From positions 1 through 64,000 of the forward strand of contig JAUCBJ010007215.1 in NCBI GenBank assembly GCA_032718475.1: DNA of 64,000 nucleotides, in the 5' to 3' direction. Shown here one piece after another: positions 24,625 to 38,295 of this stretch; position 1 is the stretch's first letter; each line of letters begins with the position of its first letter. The notes beneath the pieces are model-generated. The model made no database searches. It saw only the letters and a list, made by a program, of their open reading frames with translations, and was not told the DNA's origin. Source of the stretch: Nemertoderma westbladi. Its lineage: Eukaryota > Animalia > Xenacoelomorpha. The position numbers and the translations under genes were made by a program.

Positions 24625-25663
24625 AATAGGTTTAATACGAAACTGGGGTTTGAACAACATACCCAGAGCCCGTCGAGATCCAATAGGTTTAATACGAAAC
24701 TGGGGTTTGAACAACATACCCAGAGCCCGTCGAGATCCAATAGGTTTAATACGAAACTGGGGTTTGAACAACATACCCAGAGCCCGTCGAGATCCAATAG
24801 GTTTAATACGAAACTGGGGTTTGAACAACATACCCAGAGCCCGTCGAGATCCAATAGGTTTAATACGAAACTGGGGTTTGAACAACATACCCAGAGCCCG
24901 TCGAGATCCAATAGGTTTAATACGAAACTGGGGTTTGAACAACATACCCAGAGCCCGTCGAGATCCAATAGGTTTAATACGAAACTGGGGTTTGAACAAC
25001 ATACCCAGAGCCCGTCGAGATCCAATAGGTTTAATACGAAACTGGGGTTTGAACAACATACCCAGAGCCCGTCGAGATCCAATAGGTTTAATACGAAACT
25101 GGGGTTTGAACAACATACCCAGAGCCCGTCGAGATCCAATAGGTTTAATACGAAACTGGGGTTTGAACAACATACCCAGAGCCCGTCGAGATCCAATAGG
25201 TTTAATACGAAACTGGCGTTTGAACAACATACCCAGAGCCCGTCGAGATCCAATAGGTTTAATACGAAACTGGGGTTTGAACAACATACCCAGAGCCCGT
25301 CGAGATCCAATAGGTTTAATACGAAACTGGGGTTTGAACAACATACCCAGAGCCCGTCGAGATCCAATAGGTTTAATACGAAACTGGGGTTTGAACAACA
25401 TACCCAGAGCCCGTCGAGATCCAATAGGTTTAATACGAAACTGGGGTTTGAACAACATACCCAGAGCCCGTCGAGATCCAATAGGTTTAATACGAAACTG
25501 GGGTTTGAACAACATACCCAGAGCCCGTCGAGATCCACTAGGTTTAATACGAAACTGGGGTTTGAACAACATACCCAGAGCCCGTCGAGATCCACCAGGT
25601 TTAATACGAAACTGGGGTTTGAACAACATACCCAGAGCCCGTCGAGATCCACTAGGTTTAATA
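24625..25663. repeat. 57-bp minisatellite, ~18 near-identical units
   Basis: Unit AATAGGTTTAATACGAAACTGGGGTTTGAACAACATACCCAGAGCCCGTCGAGATCC; only a handful of variant positions. Confidence 0.97.
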
Positions 25664-26894
25664 TGGTCTGGATAAGAAAAACATATCCACACAGACCATA
25701 AAAACAAATTAGTCAGGATAATTTCGATGCAAATTCGAATTTATCGGTGCATTTCAAAAGTAAATGTAAACTTTTAAATGTACTTCCATATTTTAATGGT
25801 TAGGAACCATGGCCCATGTTAAGCAGTTCTCCATGGTTACAAGATACCATTAAGAGACTGCTGAGTATGCCGATGGTTGAGAAACCACTAAGTGTTTCAG
25901 GTTAAGCAGTTTCATATTCACTGTATAACTTACTATAATATAAATAGTATTACTTATAGTAACTTTAGTACTTTATAATAAATTATTATATTGCCATACA
26001 ATAAGCTTTTAAACAAATCATAATGTCTATAACGTAATGATTGACAGTTAATCTGACAATGCGGGTTGTGATTAAATGCAAACTTGACGTCTGCGTTGAT
26101 CAGGATAGTCCGCTTATTGAGTCGTTCTCAGGAATAATAGGCAGGCAGTATTAATGGATACGGAAGGCAATAAGCTTGTCCCGGTCCACTGCACTGGGTA
26201 ATGTTAATGAATCAGGAAGATAATATGCATGTTTTGGACCACTGCGCCAGCCAAAACATACTGGTTTTACAGTAAGACTCAGAAGTGCTTGTAATTAAAA
26301 GCCCCTCCCTAAATGCGTGTAAACTAATAATAAAGTTATGAGGTGTGAATAAGCAGCAGGGCTTCCCTACCTGATTAGGGGCTTCCCTACCTGCTTAGGC
26401 CCAGTTACATTTGTATTTGAACCTGCTCACACGCATGAGCTATTATCCAATATCAAGCCAATCAATGCATGACATTAATGGTGGTGGGGTTAGTATAAGA
26501 AATGATTTTAAGTTATTCGAAGATGATACAAATCAATCCATTTTTAACCAATGCTACCACAATAACCACACCTACATACAAACGTATAGGTCAGCCCAGT
26601 TGCTAGCACTGATATACGTGTAGACATGCTGAGAAATGGAAGATCACTTCCGCACAAATTTTTAGGGAAACCACCAAACATCGAGGTCAGCTTTCAAGAA
26701 CAAGGAACATATATGACAAGACTCAATCCCTATAAAATGAGGACATTACACCTGCCCAACTCCAGAGAAGCATTAAAAGTACGTCTAATCATAAAGCAAG
26801 TAGATTAGATGTCATCAGTTCAGAGGTGTGGAAAACATGACTGCCGAACATACCAAAATTGGATGTTGGCAACCGGATAATGAAAGGGGAAAAG

Positions 26895-27510
26895 CTACAA
26901 ACGTGTATAAGTGCCATCCAGAGATTTGGTATCCTCTGTAGTTAGTGCCCAGCATGGACTCCCATATAAGAGTACTGGTTCTACTGCTGTCATAAAGGAT
27001 CGAACCTTGAAATACAGTTTTATTATATGACTTCCAAATCCTGGACAGACTATTGTATGATGCACATGCCTTTCCCTTATGTATCCGAAGGTCCCTGGCC
27101 CCGAGGATCCCAAGTAGCAGAAGTTATCCACATGCTCAAGCAAGCTATCACTGGAGCTTATGCCCTTACAATCAGACATGTCTTGAGGGCTGTCAAGGTT
27201 CAATATCATAAAAATTGTCTTCTTGGAGTTTACAAAAAGACCAACACTAGTAGCAACCTGCTCCAACGAGAAGAGGAGGCCTGGTTATTCCTCTAGTAAT
27301 TCTTTCAGAACCCCTAAGTCAACAGCAAAGTCTAGATCAGTAAGGTACTTTGCTGGATTTCATCTACTTGTAGTGCTTGTAGGGGCTGTTTCCATCAACC
27401 CATATTTATTAAGATGATCTAAGTACATGTGTAGAACATAATCAACCACAATTACAAATAAGAATGGTGCAAGTGTGTCCCCCTGAAGGACTCCAGATAA
27501 GACTTCGAAT
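26895..27510 (-). pseudogene. RTE-type LINE RT fragment (same family as 32660-35784)
   Basis: GVLQGDTLAPFLFVIVVDYVL, LEHVDNFCYLGS, PVLLYGSPCWALTTEDTKSLDGTYTR. Confidence 0.85.
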
Positions 27511-28999
27511 AGATTTTCCTCCCAGCGAGCAGGTTTATTGGTTTCTATGCCTTGCCAGTTATCATCAGCATTATTAATGGCAGTAACCTGCTTATTGATA
27601 AGTTCCTGCCAATAAATCAGAGTACTGCCTGTTAAGGGACCTAAATGTTGCCTTAATATGGCTTATCCTTGGCTGCCTAGTGTGTCTGAGCCAGCAGGAC
27701 TCAGAGAGTTCACTTTTGCCATTTCCGAATTCTGTGGTCAGTCCAAGGGTCCTTTTTATGTTTCGAGGGTATGTAGGAACTGTTCCTACAGCTGCTAACT
27801 TTGTATACCAACAAACTGTCATGAAATCAGTCTCCATGTGATTGCTGCTAAAGATAGAGAATTTACAGACACTGCTGCATAAGAGCCAAAATTGATTTTG
27901 TCCAAATTGATTATCAACAGGCTCAGATACAATCACTGGAGTAGAACAAGATATCTCAACCATACACCTAGCATTGATGCACGACTTTGTCTATGCCTTG
28001 TTTGACACTGCACAACATTGACCTAGACCTCCATGTGTGGATCTGAGTGATCCTCTTAAGGGAGTCAGAGCCAGTTCGATCTGGCTCTGAGCACAAGAGC
28101 TCATGTTTCAGAGGTGATTTGCCCCCAAAGCCCCCTAAACACAACACTCCATACAACATATTTTCGAAATGTTGTGCTGGAGAGTCATATCAAACAGGAA
28201 GATCACTATAGGCAGCAACAGGAGGCTGTATACTCATTACTGCATAAATCGGAGGTGAACTGTGAGCTTGAAGTGAAATTATGGCCCATGGGATGGAGTA
28301 AACAATATTATTATTATTAAATACAATATAGGAAGGAGTTCACTGTCCATCCTGGATGCAGGCAAAGATTGGACGTGGGTGAAGATTGGACACGGGCAAT
28401 GATTGCACATAAACTTTGCCTGTATCCCAAGTAATATAACACAGTGTAAACCTACAAGTTCGTACATAATTGACTTGTACTGATATACTAATTTCATTGA
28501 ATTTTGTTGTCTGCTTTCATACTTTACAAATGCTTTTGGGCCTAAAAGCAACCATCATTAAAAGAAGCTTTACATCTTGTATAGGCTGGTCTTAGTCTAG
28601 GGATCTCACCCATCTCATCAAGAGTTCTCATCCGCATCGTCTGATCTGTTTTTCCACTGTGAATCATCATAAAAGACATGGAATGGAACCTATGGCCCAT
28701 GTAGTGGAAGAATTGATACTGTGAAACATTTGACATCATTATGTCAAATGATCAGATCATTATGCTTTAATATAAATTCAGTAGGTATTTATTTAATGTA
28801 ATGTACTTGTCTCACTGTACGTACAAGATCATTTATAAAAATCACAAACTTTTGTAAATGGTTTAGCCTCATAATAAAATGAGAAAATATTATTTTCTTA
28901 TATGCATATTTTCTTATTTTCTTGAAAGTTTGATATTTTATTGAAGGAAGATAAATTGGATTATCAGCAAATCTTGTCAACTTTAAGTTTTAAATGTTA

Positions 29000-29700
29000 T
29001 TCATTGAAGAAAATAAATCTGTCCAATGCAATTCGACCAGAATTGAAGATACCAACCAATGAGAATCCAAGAAGCTGCAGTAGTTGTACCACCAGGTTGA
29101 GTGGAGAGAAATCGCCCGAATTGGAAGAGGTTAGTGAATACATTCGCGTTCTGCCAAAACTTTGCGATTCGTATTCTATAGCCATCAATAAAATAAATAT
29201 ACTGTACAATATTTATTTCAGCTTTAAATGGGGGTGAAATCACTTGCATCGCTCTATCGAATAAGAAAAATAAATAAAATAAAACAGTTTATTGCTTTTG
29301 CCGAAGGGATAGATCTCACTGGGAATGTTCTGGTTGATAAAATATTATCCATATTCTTTCAGAATAAGTTATTAATACAGATGGACTGGGTTATGATGGG
29401 GCTGCGAAATTTAAGGGTCTATTTAACGACCATGTACATTTACTTTCAAAGCAACATATTTTTGGGCTTCCCCAACTGGGGATGGTGAAACAGCTAGATG
29501 TAGACAACACCTTAGGTCTATATGTAAACCACAATGGTTATTTCATCATGTTTGAAGATGTTTGACGCATTATATCCATCCATTGTAACTGCACTTGGTT
29601 ATTTTGCAGAAGCTAATGATGATAGTATAGTTCTTCATTAAGTTATACATTCTTATGGCTGTCACCATGAACCTCTCTGTGCACCTACAGAAAGTGAAGA
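29000..29700 (+). pseudogene. Heavily degraded hAT transposase (ZMYM1/PRKRIR-like type)
   Basis: FIAFAEGIDLTGNVLVDKIL, then in other frames GLGYDGAAKFKG (~29383) and CLKMFDALYPSIVTAL. Confidence 0.65.
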
Positions 29701-29999
29701 TTGATCTCATATAGTATAGAATCCTAAAATATAGAAGAGGTGAGCCTGATTCCATGGTACCTGCCATGGAATTAATTTTTATTGATTACTCTTATTCGTG
29801 GCTTAATAGGAAAAAACTAATATCCCAGCTAAGATCAACTAGTATAAAAGTCGAATACCTTCATTTTAAATTTCAGTATGCAGTAGGATAACTCCTGATT
29901 TCATATTTTTTCCATAAAATACCTGTGATTAAAGGACACTATCAATATTATTATTATTATTATAAAATATAATTATATTATTCTAAGTTATAGATGATG

Positions 30000-30950
30000 T
30001 CGTCTTAAGGCAAATGCTGCTCTTTGTGCCTTTGTGGAGGCCATAGAGACTGGCGGGCGTGACCACGTGACCACGTCGCCAGCCTCAAAACAGCCCTTGT
30101 CGAGTGTCGACAGACACAGGACGCCGCCTGTAAGGCCAAATTCAAGGCCTCTCTGGCGGCGTTCCCACCTGATCGGCACCAAACTGTCAGCCGGGCGGCG
30201 AAATACAAGACTGGTGGATGGCTCTCCACGCAACCCTCGCCCATAGACCACACCGACCTGGACCCGCAGTCTTTTCGGGACAACCTCGTGTTGTGGTATA
30301 GTATGGCGCCCCCAGACCTTCCAGTTAACTGCGAGGGCTGCGGCGAGCCCTTCGACACTGTGCACACTCTCAGCTGCAAGGTCGTTGGGCTAGTTATTCG
30401 CCGGCACAATGAGATCCGGGATGTGTTTGGTGACCTTCTTGCGGAGGCCTCGGTGAGACTAACGTCGAGGGAGAGGTCACCCTGGCCGGAGGTCACCCTG
30501 GCCGAAGGTCACCTGGTCTCGGATGGGCAGGATTTGGTATCCAGGGGTGTTTGGGCGAACCAGGTAGTGGCATCTTTCGACGTATCGATTATAAATCTCG
30601 ACGCCACTTCCTATGTTCGCTCCAACGCCTCAACGGAGACCTTACTCGCCCAGAGGGCGCGGGTCAAGCAGTCCCACTACCAGCAGGCCTGTGGCAGGAT
30701 GCACTTCACCCCGTTGGTGTGTTCCACCGACGGTGTGTTGGGTGCGGAGGCGGCTGTATTCATCGGGCACCTTGCGGAGACCCTATGCTCTAAGAGGGTC
30801 GGGATGAGATAGTGGGGTTTGGGAGAGGTTTTGGGTGCGGTGACGCGGCGGCTGCAGTTTGGTCTCCTTCGGGCGACCTCTCTGTGCCTCTCTGTAGGAG
30901 GCCGTGGCGGGGCCTCGGGTTTGGGGATGGGGTGGGGATTCGGGGTGTTG
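30000..30950 (+). mobile_element. 3' fragment of a CRE-like (restriction-like endonuclease) non-LTR retrotransposon
   Basis: CEGCGEPFDTVHTLSC..RRHNEIRD, DLVSRGVW, FDVSI, K..HY, FTPLVCSTDGVLG; a GC-rich island next to a (TAT)n tract. Confidence 0.8.
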
Positions 30951-30987
30951 ACCCAGATATGTACTGATTACATATCTGTGACCATGG

Positions 30988-31448
30988 CACTATTTTCATA
31001 ATATTTCCTCAGAAACTTATTTTATGCTACTTTTGTTAGGTGGATATTATGACTAGGGTTCATAGAAATGTAATAAAATGCCTTTCTGGAATTTTTATCT
31101 TGTAGTTGCCAAGGTAACCAGGTGCAAAGTTCTAACTTTGCGCGCCTTTATTTCAAGGCGACAATGGATTCTTCCCTTGAGATTTGGTAGGTGATTAAAG
31201 GGAATAAAAGTCTATCAAAATATTTTACATTTGAATTTGTTTACATTCCCGTTGCCATGGAAATAAGTATAATGAAAAATTTGTCTACCAATTTTATAAA
31301 CCACCATTTTTATTCGGTTTGTCAGTCTAAATCAAGCAAAAAAATTCCAGAAAGACATTTTATTAAATTTCTATGAACCCTAGTCATCATATCCACCTAA
31401 CTAAAGTTGCCTAAGAGAGGTTTCTAAGAAAATGTTATGAAAATAGTG
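30988..31448. mobile_element. Foldback/MITE with ~110-bp imperfect inverted arms
   Basis: CACTATTTTCATAA...TTATGAAAATAGTG; the arms include ATGACTAGGGTTCATAGAAAT / ATTTCTATGAACCCTAGTCAT. No target duplication seen. Confidence 0.7.
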
Positions 31449-32659
31449 TTATAAATAGGGAAACGATCGCCCCACGCTAATTTCAGGAATCCACTCGCTG
31501 CATGACATGTTATTTAGTACACCTTGGGGAAAACAGACCTCCAGAACTCAATTTTCAGTTGAGACTTTTCAGACTGCTTACATTCTTATTGTCTAGTCAC
31601 CTACCCTACATTTGTCATTAAAAGTTACAGAAAATGTTAAATTTGACTTTGTTCTTATCCAATTTTGTCTTTGTGGGATGGTAATCGGTCCGCATTTTTT
31701 CAATCTCACACGAGAGGGCGAAATTTCTGAAAAAGATGACTTTCCCCAGGTCGATGATCTTAACCGGCATCTTGGAATACATGTACTAGACCACATTCTG
31801 CGTCTTCATGAGGAAGGAGTTAGGTCTGCAGTTCTCCAGTCTACCGTTAGAGTTATTGTTATTATTATTGTTATTTTGAAATATATCAAACTTAAAATCT
31901 TCTACCATTTCCGTAATTTTAATACGTTTAAGCTGAATCTTGGCATATATGTACTAGACCACATGTCTTTGTGTGGAAGGTGATCAATGCAGGATTCTCA
32001 GTTCTGCTGCTAGAGAGCGAAATATATGAAAGTACATCGTTACCTACCACCATTACCTTGATTTCAATATGCTTAAGTTTGAACTTGAAATATACAAAAT
32101 AGAAAACTGGCTGCATCTTTGTGGAAATAGAAAACTGGCTGCATCTTTGCGGGGATGCTGCTACATCTATACTTCTAAAGTTAGAGGGCGAAATGAAAAC
32201 ACAGGTATTCTGCCAAGAATTGAATCAAAGTTGAAAGCCGAGATTTTGATTGTACGTCATCTTCCAAAGGCATCAAGATATTATCAACAGAACAGCCTTG
32301 CCATTTTGCATTAATGCTGACGCTAAAAGTATGGGTCAAAGATGCAGAAAAATTGCATAAAACCAATTACATTAGCGGCTCTACATTAGACATCATCCAA
32401 TTATGTGATTATATCACGGCATCCTAACAAGCCTACTGCCCATCCTACTACGTTAATCCCAAATAATCCCCCAGCAGCTCCGAACACATGGAGTGTCGGA
32501 TAACATAATAATGGATAATGATGATGGGATGATAAGGAGACTTAATAATCCTTATAAACTGAGGAATTAGAAAGAATCATCGGAGAAAACCTAAAATATA
32601 ATGCTGATGAAATATCCTCACCTTGGCAAAGATCAGGTCAGGTATTCTAGGTCATTGAT

Positions 32660-35600
32660 CAAGAAAACTTGCCACCTCCATGCAGCATAAAGGAGGTGCC
32701 ACCTGTAGCTGCATAGACCCTCTTACTAGGGCAAATCTGGCCCTGTAACTAGGACACCCTTCGTTCTGGGATAAGGACGCCCTTGGTCCTGGATTAAGGA
32801 CCCATATACTTGGCTGCAGGGGTATATGGCCTGGCCAGGCAGATGGTGATCTACCAATGGCTGGTCAGGAGTAGAGTGTTCTCATGTCCACTCTGAGTGC
32901 ACTTCACTGCGACCTGCACCTGGCAGCAGGGGTACAGGGCATGACCCAGCAGATGAGCTGCACAGCCAATGGTGGGTCATGTGCGCCAGAGTAGATATGG
33001 GTGATGGGCCTCATATCTGACTCCACTGCGACACCCACCCTGTGGAATGGCAAACCAGGGTGTGGTATTTGCCCCGAGAGCTGACTCGGCAAAAAAGCAC
33101 CCACCAATCCCCACTATGGATTACATTAGTAATGCGGAGGTCCAGCCACTAAAGGCCAGTGGAATGACTGGACACAATCGGCCTCACAGGCGTCAGTTAT
33201 CTCCTGACCGGCTGCCTGTCTCACCCCCTATTGGAGAGAGAGCGGCAAACAATTCTTTGAGTCCCTTTCCTGATGACCTTTCTGGCCCAAACCCTGGGTC
33301 ACCAGGGAGGCCATATTGTGAGGGGGAGAGGGATTCTGGAGTTGGAGGCTACTCTCATGTTCCACCCCGACCAACAAAGCCATTGGTGAATCTGAGGCAA
33401 GTCACTCGACTAGCCTCAGTAAACACCCTAACACTCGGGTCCCCAATGCGACAAGGTGAGCTGACTGCCTTGGCAGATAAGCTTTCTCTTAGTGCAGTGG
33501 GTGTTCAAGAGCACCAAATGCAGACTGGACAGACTGATGAGGTTCTGATTAAGGACATGGGGGCGGTTGGCGACTAGCCCTCGCATCAGCAGATGATAGT
33601 GGCAATGGTGGAATTGGTCTATTGATTCTGATTGTGTGCTACTCTCCAACTAGTGTTGCCCAGAATTTCTACCAGAATCTACAAGCAGCTACTGATGGAG
33701 TGGATCAGCATGCATTCTTAACATTCCTGGGAGACTTTAATGCAAGTCTGCATCAATCACCTATATCGCCCTGGGTCTATAGCAATAGTGTCAACCTTCA
33801 GACTTCAGAAGTGCCGAAATGACCTCTACAAGGCGCAGAAAGAGTCCTGACTCAAACAGACTACAGCGGCCAAGAATGCAGTTAAGGCTGCATCTAGGTC
33901 CCTGAACAGGCAGTACTCTGTTAATTTACAGGAGCTAATAAACCAACAGGTTGATGCCATCAATGATGCTGACGACAAAAGGCAATCATCCCAGGCATGG
34001 ACATAGATCAACTTGCTTGCTGGTCGAAAAAGCCAACCAACCACCAAGGTTAAGGCTGAATCACTAGCCAATCGCCTCAATGGTTGGAAGGCCCACTTTG
34101 AAAAGCTCCTCAATAATGACAGGGTATTGCCTGATAACTTTATAGAAGTAAAAGTGTCTGAGTCTGTACTCCCAGATATTCCCATTGGCGATATCTCCTT
34201 TGCAGAAGTGAAGGCTGCTGCAAAGAGCTTTAAGACCAATCGTGCAGTGGAGTAAATGGTGTTCCCGTGAGGTCTTTAAAATACCTGAGTGTTTAAAGCT
34301 CATCTATCCCATCATAGTAGACATGTACCGAACAACAAGAGTCCCACAAGAAATGAAAACAAATAAGTTTGTGCCAGTTCCCAAGAAAGGCAACCTAACA
34401 CTCTATGGTTCTTTTCGGGGAATCTCATTGATCTCGATTGCTGCAAAGCTATACAATAGAATTCTATTAAATCGCATCAGGGATCCCATTGAGAGACTGC
34501 TGCGTGGAAATCAGAATGGGTTCCGTAAAGGTCGTGGGACCATGGAGCCCATTCTGGCACTTAGAAGGATAATTGAAGAGTTATCAAAAAAGACAGGCAT
34601 CTGGCTGTTATCTTTGTTGACTTCTTCAAGGCCTTTGATTCAGTCTCTCGCTCACGTATGTTCAGCATACTTTCATTATATGGGATTCCTGATGAAATTA
34701 TTGCAGCAATCAGATCAGTATACGATGGTTCGACAACATTTGTGTCTACTGTTGACGGTGACACAGAACCATTTGAAGTGTTATGGGGCGACCTCCAGGG
34801 AGACACACTTGCACCATTCTTGTTCATAATTGTAGTTGACTATGTTCTACGCATGTCCTTAGATCATCATAATGATGATGGGGTGATGATATCTCCACCT
34901 ACTGGCTCCAGAAGTCGAGGAAATAGTATCGAGGAAAAGTACATAACTGATCTAGACTTTGCTGATGACTTAGGAGTACTCTCAGAATCACTAGAGGGAG
35001 CCCAACGGCTCCTCAGCTCATTAGAACATGCTGCCTCTAGTGTTGGTCTTTTTATTAACTCCAGAAAGACCAAAATTTTGACAGTTAACTTTGAAAGTCA
35101 TCAGCAAGTCTCTGATCGGATGAGCATAAGCTCAAAAGATGGTATGCTTGAGCATGTGGATGACTTCTATTACCTGGGATCATGGATCCGGTGAGGACCT
35201 TCGAATACATAAGGGAAAGGCATCGGCAGCCTTCAATAGGCTTTCCAGGATTTGGAAGTCAACGAGAAATAATCGGAAACTTAAGGTCCGATTATTTAGA
35301 GCAGCAGTAGTTCCAGTACTCGTCTATGGGAGTCCATGCTGGGCTCTAACAGCTGAGGACACCAAATCTCTGGATGGCACATTCACAAGAATGCTACGCC
35401 GGGTTCATTGTGTCAAGTTCAATGCACACATCTCCAACCAGACACTATATAACATTGGAGGTGTCTCATTGGTTCCCCCAAGCTTGACACTAGAACAGAA
35501 TCGCCTCCGCGTTGCAGGGCATTGCTTTCGCCGTGAGGACCAGCCAGTGCATGCATAATCTTGTACTTTGACAGCCTCATGGAGTGAATAAGCATGGTGG

Positions 35601-35784
35601 ACAGCCCATGACTTTCTTGAGACGCATCTTAAAGGACACTGGCCTTGAAGATGCGGATGATCTAGCAAATGTCATGGGTGATAGGGAGTTGTGGCGGTGC
35701 AATTTTGTCGATAAGCCGGCACAGCATTCTTAAAAATGCAGCTGCAATGCAGCATGCCGATCCTAGTAGTAGTAGTAGTAGTAG
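32660..35784 (+). mobile_element. Degraded, internally deleted RTE-type LINE (5' region, APE endonuclease, RT, (TAG)n tail); left boundary approximate
   Basis: ASVNTLTL, VGVQEH, CYSPT, LGDFNA, RGISLISIAAKLYNRILLNRI, NQNGFRKGR, QGDTLAPFLF, DFADD, YYLGS; tail at 35764-35784. Confidence 0.9.
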
Positions 35785-36672
35785 CTTACATTCTTTGTCA
35801 ATAGTATAATAAACATTTTCTGCCTATAGAAATCTACTTAACTTTAACCTTACTAGGACTGTCAGCACTGCTTCCTTCTCAGATTGATAGTTCCACAACA
35901 ATTAACATTGCATCAGAAAGTGATGTCGGCATTGGTCAGAAACCCCACACTCTTCATCATTTCTTCTATTGCCTTATCTTTTTCACTTTGTCAATGTCAA
36001 TAGCTTCCTCTGAGTATAGGTTTTCTGCCTTGGAACTGTAGACATTATAACTAATAGTAAAGATAAAATTTGGTTAAAATACTAGAAAGGCATTTCCTAA
36101 AGGAAATGCAACCACGAAGCTAAGGAAAATTAAACAAACGGCCACAATTTGGTTCGTTGCTTAGCCTAGTTTAGTAGCATTTGCTAATAATTAACTTCCA
36201 TTCCCATGGAAACTAGAGTTCTCTGGAACTTTTGGTTTAACCTTTGAAAAAAGATTCAGTCCAGATTGTGGTTCAGATAACATATACCGAGTTTCAGAAA
36301 ATATTGCAATTATGTCCAAATTACTGATTTTCTATCAATATGCATCTGTTTGCAGTGGTTGCCATGGAAACTGAAAAATAGAAACTAATAAATAAATAAA
36401 CTCAAGTTACTACGGTAACTAGATATTTCTGGAATGTTTTGAGTTTCACTAAAAGTTCCAACTAGTGGTCCAGATCAGAACACATACCCAGTTTCATAAA
36501 ATTTTATCGCGAAGTCTATGTCAAAATGAGTATTTTTTGTATAAAAACATCTGTTTTCAGCGGTTGTCATGGTAACTGCAAAATAGAACAATGTAATTCG
36601 GATGCAGAATAAGTTATATAGTGGGGGTAGTTGGTCCCAAGTCATAACACCTTAACCTTAGGCTTCAAATTA

Positions 36673-37767
36673 CTACTAGGTCGAGCGAACTCGGACAGTG
36701 GAAATGAGATCCTTCCAGGCTTCCCGATTCTCCATAGTTGTCGCAATTTCGTTTCTCCCAAGTTCAGTATCCCTTTCAAGTTGATCTATATATGTTATGG
36801 CAGGTCGTCCACGACTACGCTTTCCATGAGTTGTTTGCCAGAAAAGTAGATCTGGTATGACCTCGTCTTTACTTCGCCAGCAGTGCCCACTGAATCTTAA
36901 TCTGCGTTCACGGAGGGTGGTTGATACAGGTGGTATTGTACCATAAAGCTCGGCATTTGTCATGTGTTGTCTCCAGCTGATGTTTAGGGCTGCCCTTAGT
37001 AGTCTTGTGTAGCAACCATCAATTCGTTGTTCAAGTGATTTAGTCAGTGTCCAGGTCTCACCGCCGTATAAAAATTGTCTTTCCACTGTGGCTCGAAAGA
37101 ACTTGGTCTTCAGGTGCCTGGAGAGATCTGATTTCCAGATGGCATCCATTTTTGATAGAGCTACCCAAGCCTTTGCTTTCCTAACTTCTATGTCCTTTTT
37201 GCTACTCTCTATCCACGATCCAAGGTACTGGAAGTCATCTACCTCCCTTAGTTGATTATTATCAATGGTTGTCAAGTTTCCATCAACATTAAAGGTCATG
37301 AATTCGGTCTTGGTAGCATTTATATGCAATCCAACCTCCTTAGCAGCCCTCTCCACTTTATTTAGTAGAAGCTGTGCATCTGCTAGCGTATTAGAGAGCA
37401 GGGCGATGTCATCCGCAAAGTCGGTGTCTGTGACTGTAGTTGCTGGATATCTACTACTTCTGCGTTCTTGAAGTGTGAATCCCAGATCTTCACCCTTTGT
37501 GGCCGTCCTCATTGCGTAATCCAGCACAATTACAAATAGTAATGGTGCTAATGTGTCACCTTGCAGTACGCCAGCCAGGATTGAGAAAAACTCAGTTTCA
37601 CCATCTGGTGAGAGTACCTGCGCTTCTGTGTCACAATATAACAATCCAATGCCAGCAACAATTACTTCTGGTATTCCATAAGCACTTAGGATTTCAAGCA
37701 TTTTACCTCTATGGATGGAGTCGAATGCCTTCTTGAAGTCCACAAAAGTCATGACTGCGGGGAGATT
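36673..37767 (-). mobile_element. 5'-truncated young RTE-type LINE inserted in Helitron copy A
   Basis: Uninterrupted 365-aa RT ORF (FVDFKKAFDSI, GVLQGDTLAPLLF, DFADD, FQYLGS), TAG tail, duplication CTTCAAATTA at 36663-36672 and 37768-37777. Confidence 0.92.
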
Positions 37768-38295
37768 CTTCAAATTAACATTTTATAAATTTTAACATCT
37801 GTTTAGCCTGGTTGCCAAGGTAACTGGATTTTCTATTTAACCTCAATCAGCTCTGCTATGGACCTTATAGTTGAGTTGAGAAACCCCAAGTTTATATCTA
37901 TTATAGTTTTCCTATAAATAGAGTTATAAATATTGACCTGAAATACATAGACTTTTTTCTAAGTCCGTTGCCATGGAAACCAGATTTTTCCTGGATATGA
38001 GACCCAGCCCAAACGATGCGCCTCAATGAGTAGTATATACAAGCAAAATTCCAGGGTACTTTTAAAGGCTAGTTTTTTCCCCGGTCAAAAAAAACTAATC
38101 TGCCCCATACAAGTAAAAGGGCCCACTACGAATACACCATCTCAGCTAAGGAAAATAAGGAAAATCTTTCTTAGCTAAAGTAGTTGATTTTCCTTAGCTT
38201 CGTGGATACTAGAAAGGCATTTTCGAAAGTAAATGCAACCACGAAGCTAAGGAAAATTAAACAAAGGGCCACAATTTGGTTTGTTGCTTAGCCTA

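Noticed and set aside
12304-25663. 51-bp, 86-bp and 57-bp arrays as CRISPR arrays
   Set aside because: They are contiguous tandem units with no unique spacers, no cas genes and a eukaryotic context.
28279-29249. Minus-strand ORFs as membrane-protein (channel, GPCR, chitin synthase) exons
   Set aside because: No convincing motifs or splice structure; part of the region is better explained by the hAT relic on the plus strand.
30988-31448. CACTA/EnSpm assignment from the CACTA...TAGTG ends
   Set aside because: The flanks (TGG / TTA) show no target duplication, so the true ends may be lost; kept only as a foldback.
31612-31983. Tc1/mariner fragment (GMVIGPHFF)
   Set aside because: A single short motif with no supporting DDE context.
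32660-32730. HDV-like ribozyme at the 5' end of the RTE LINE
   Set aside because: Only a CACCTCC/GGAGGTG hairpin is evident; I could not build the nested double pseudoknot by eye.
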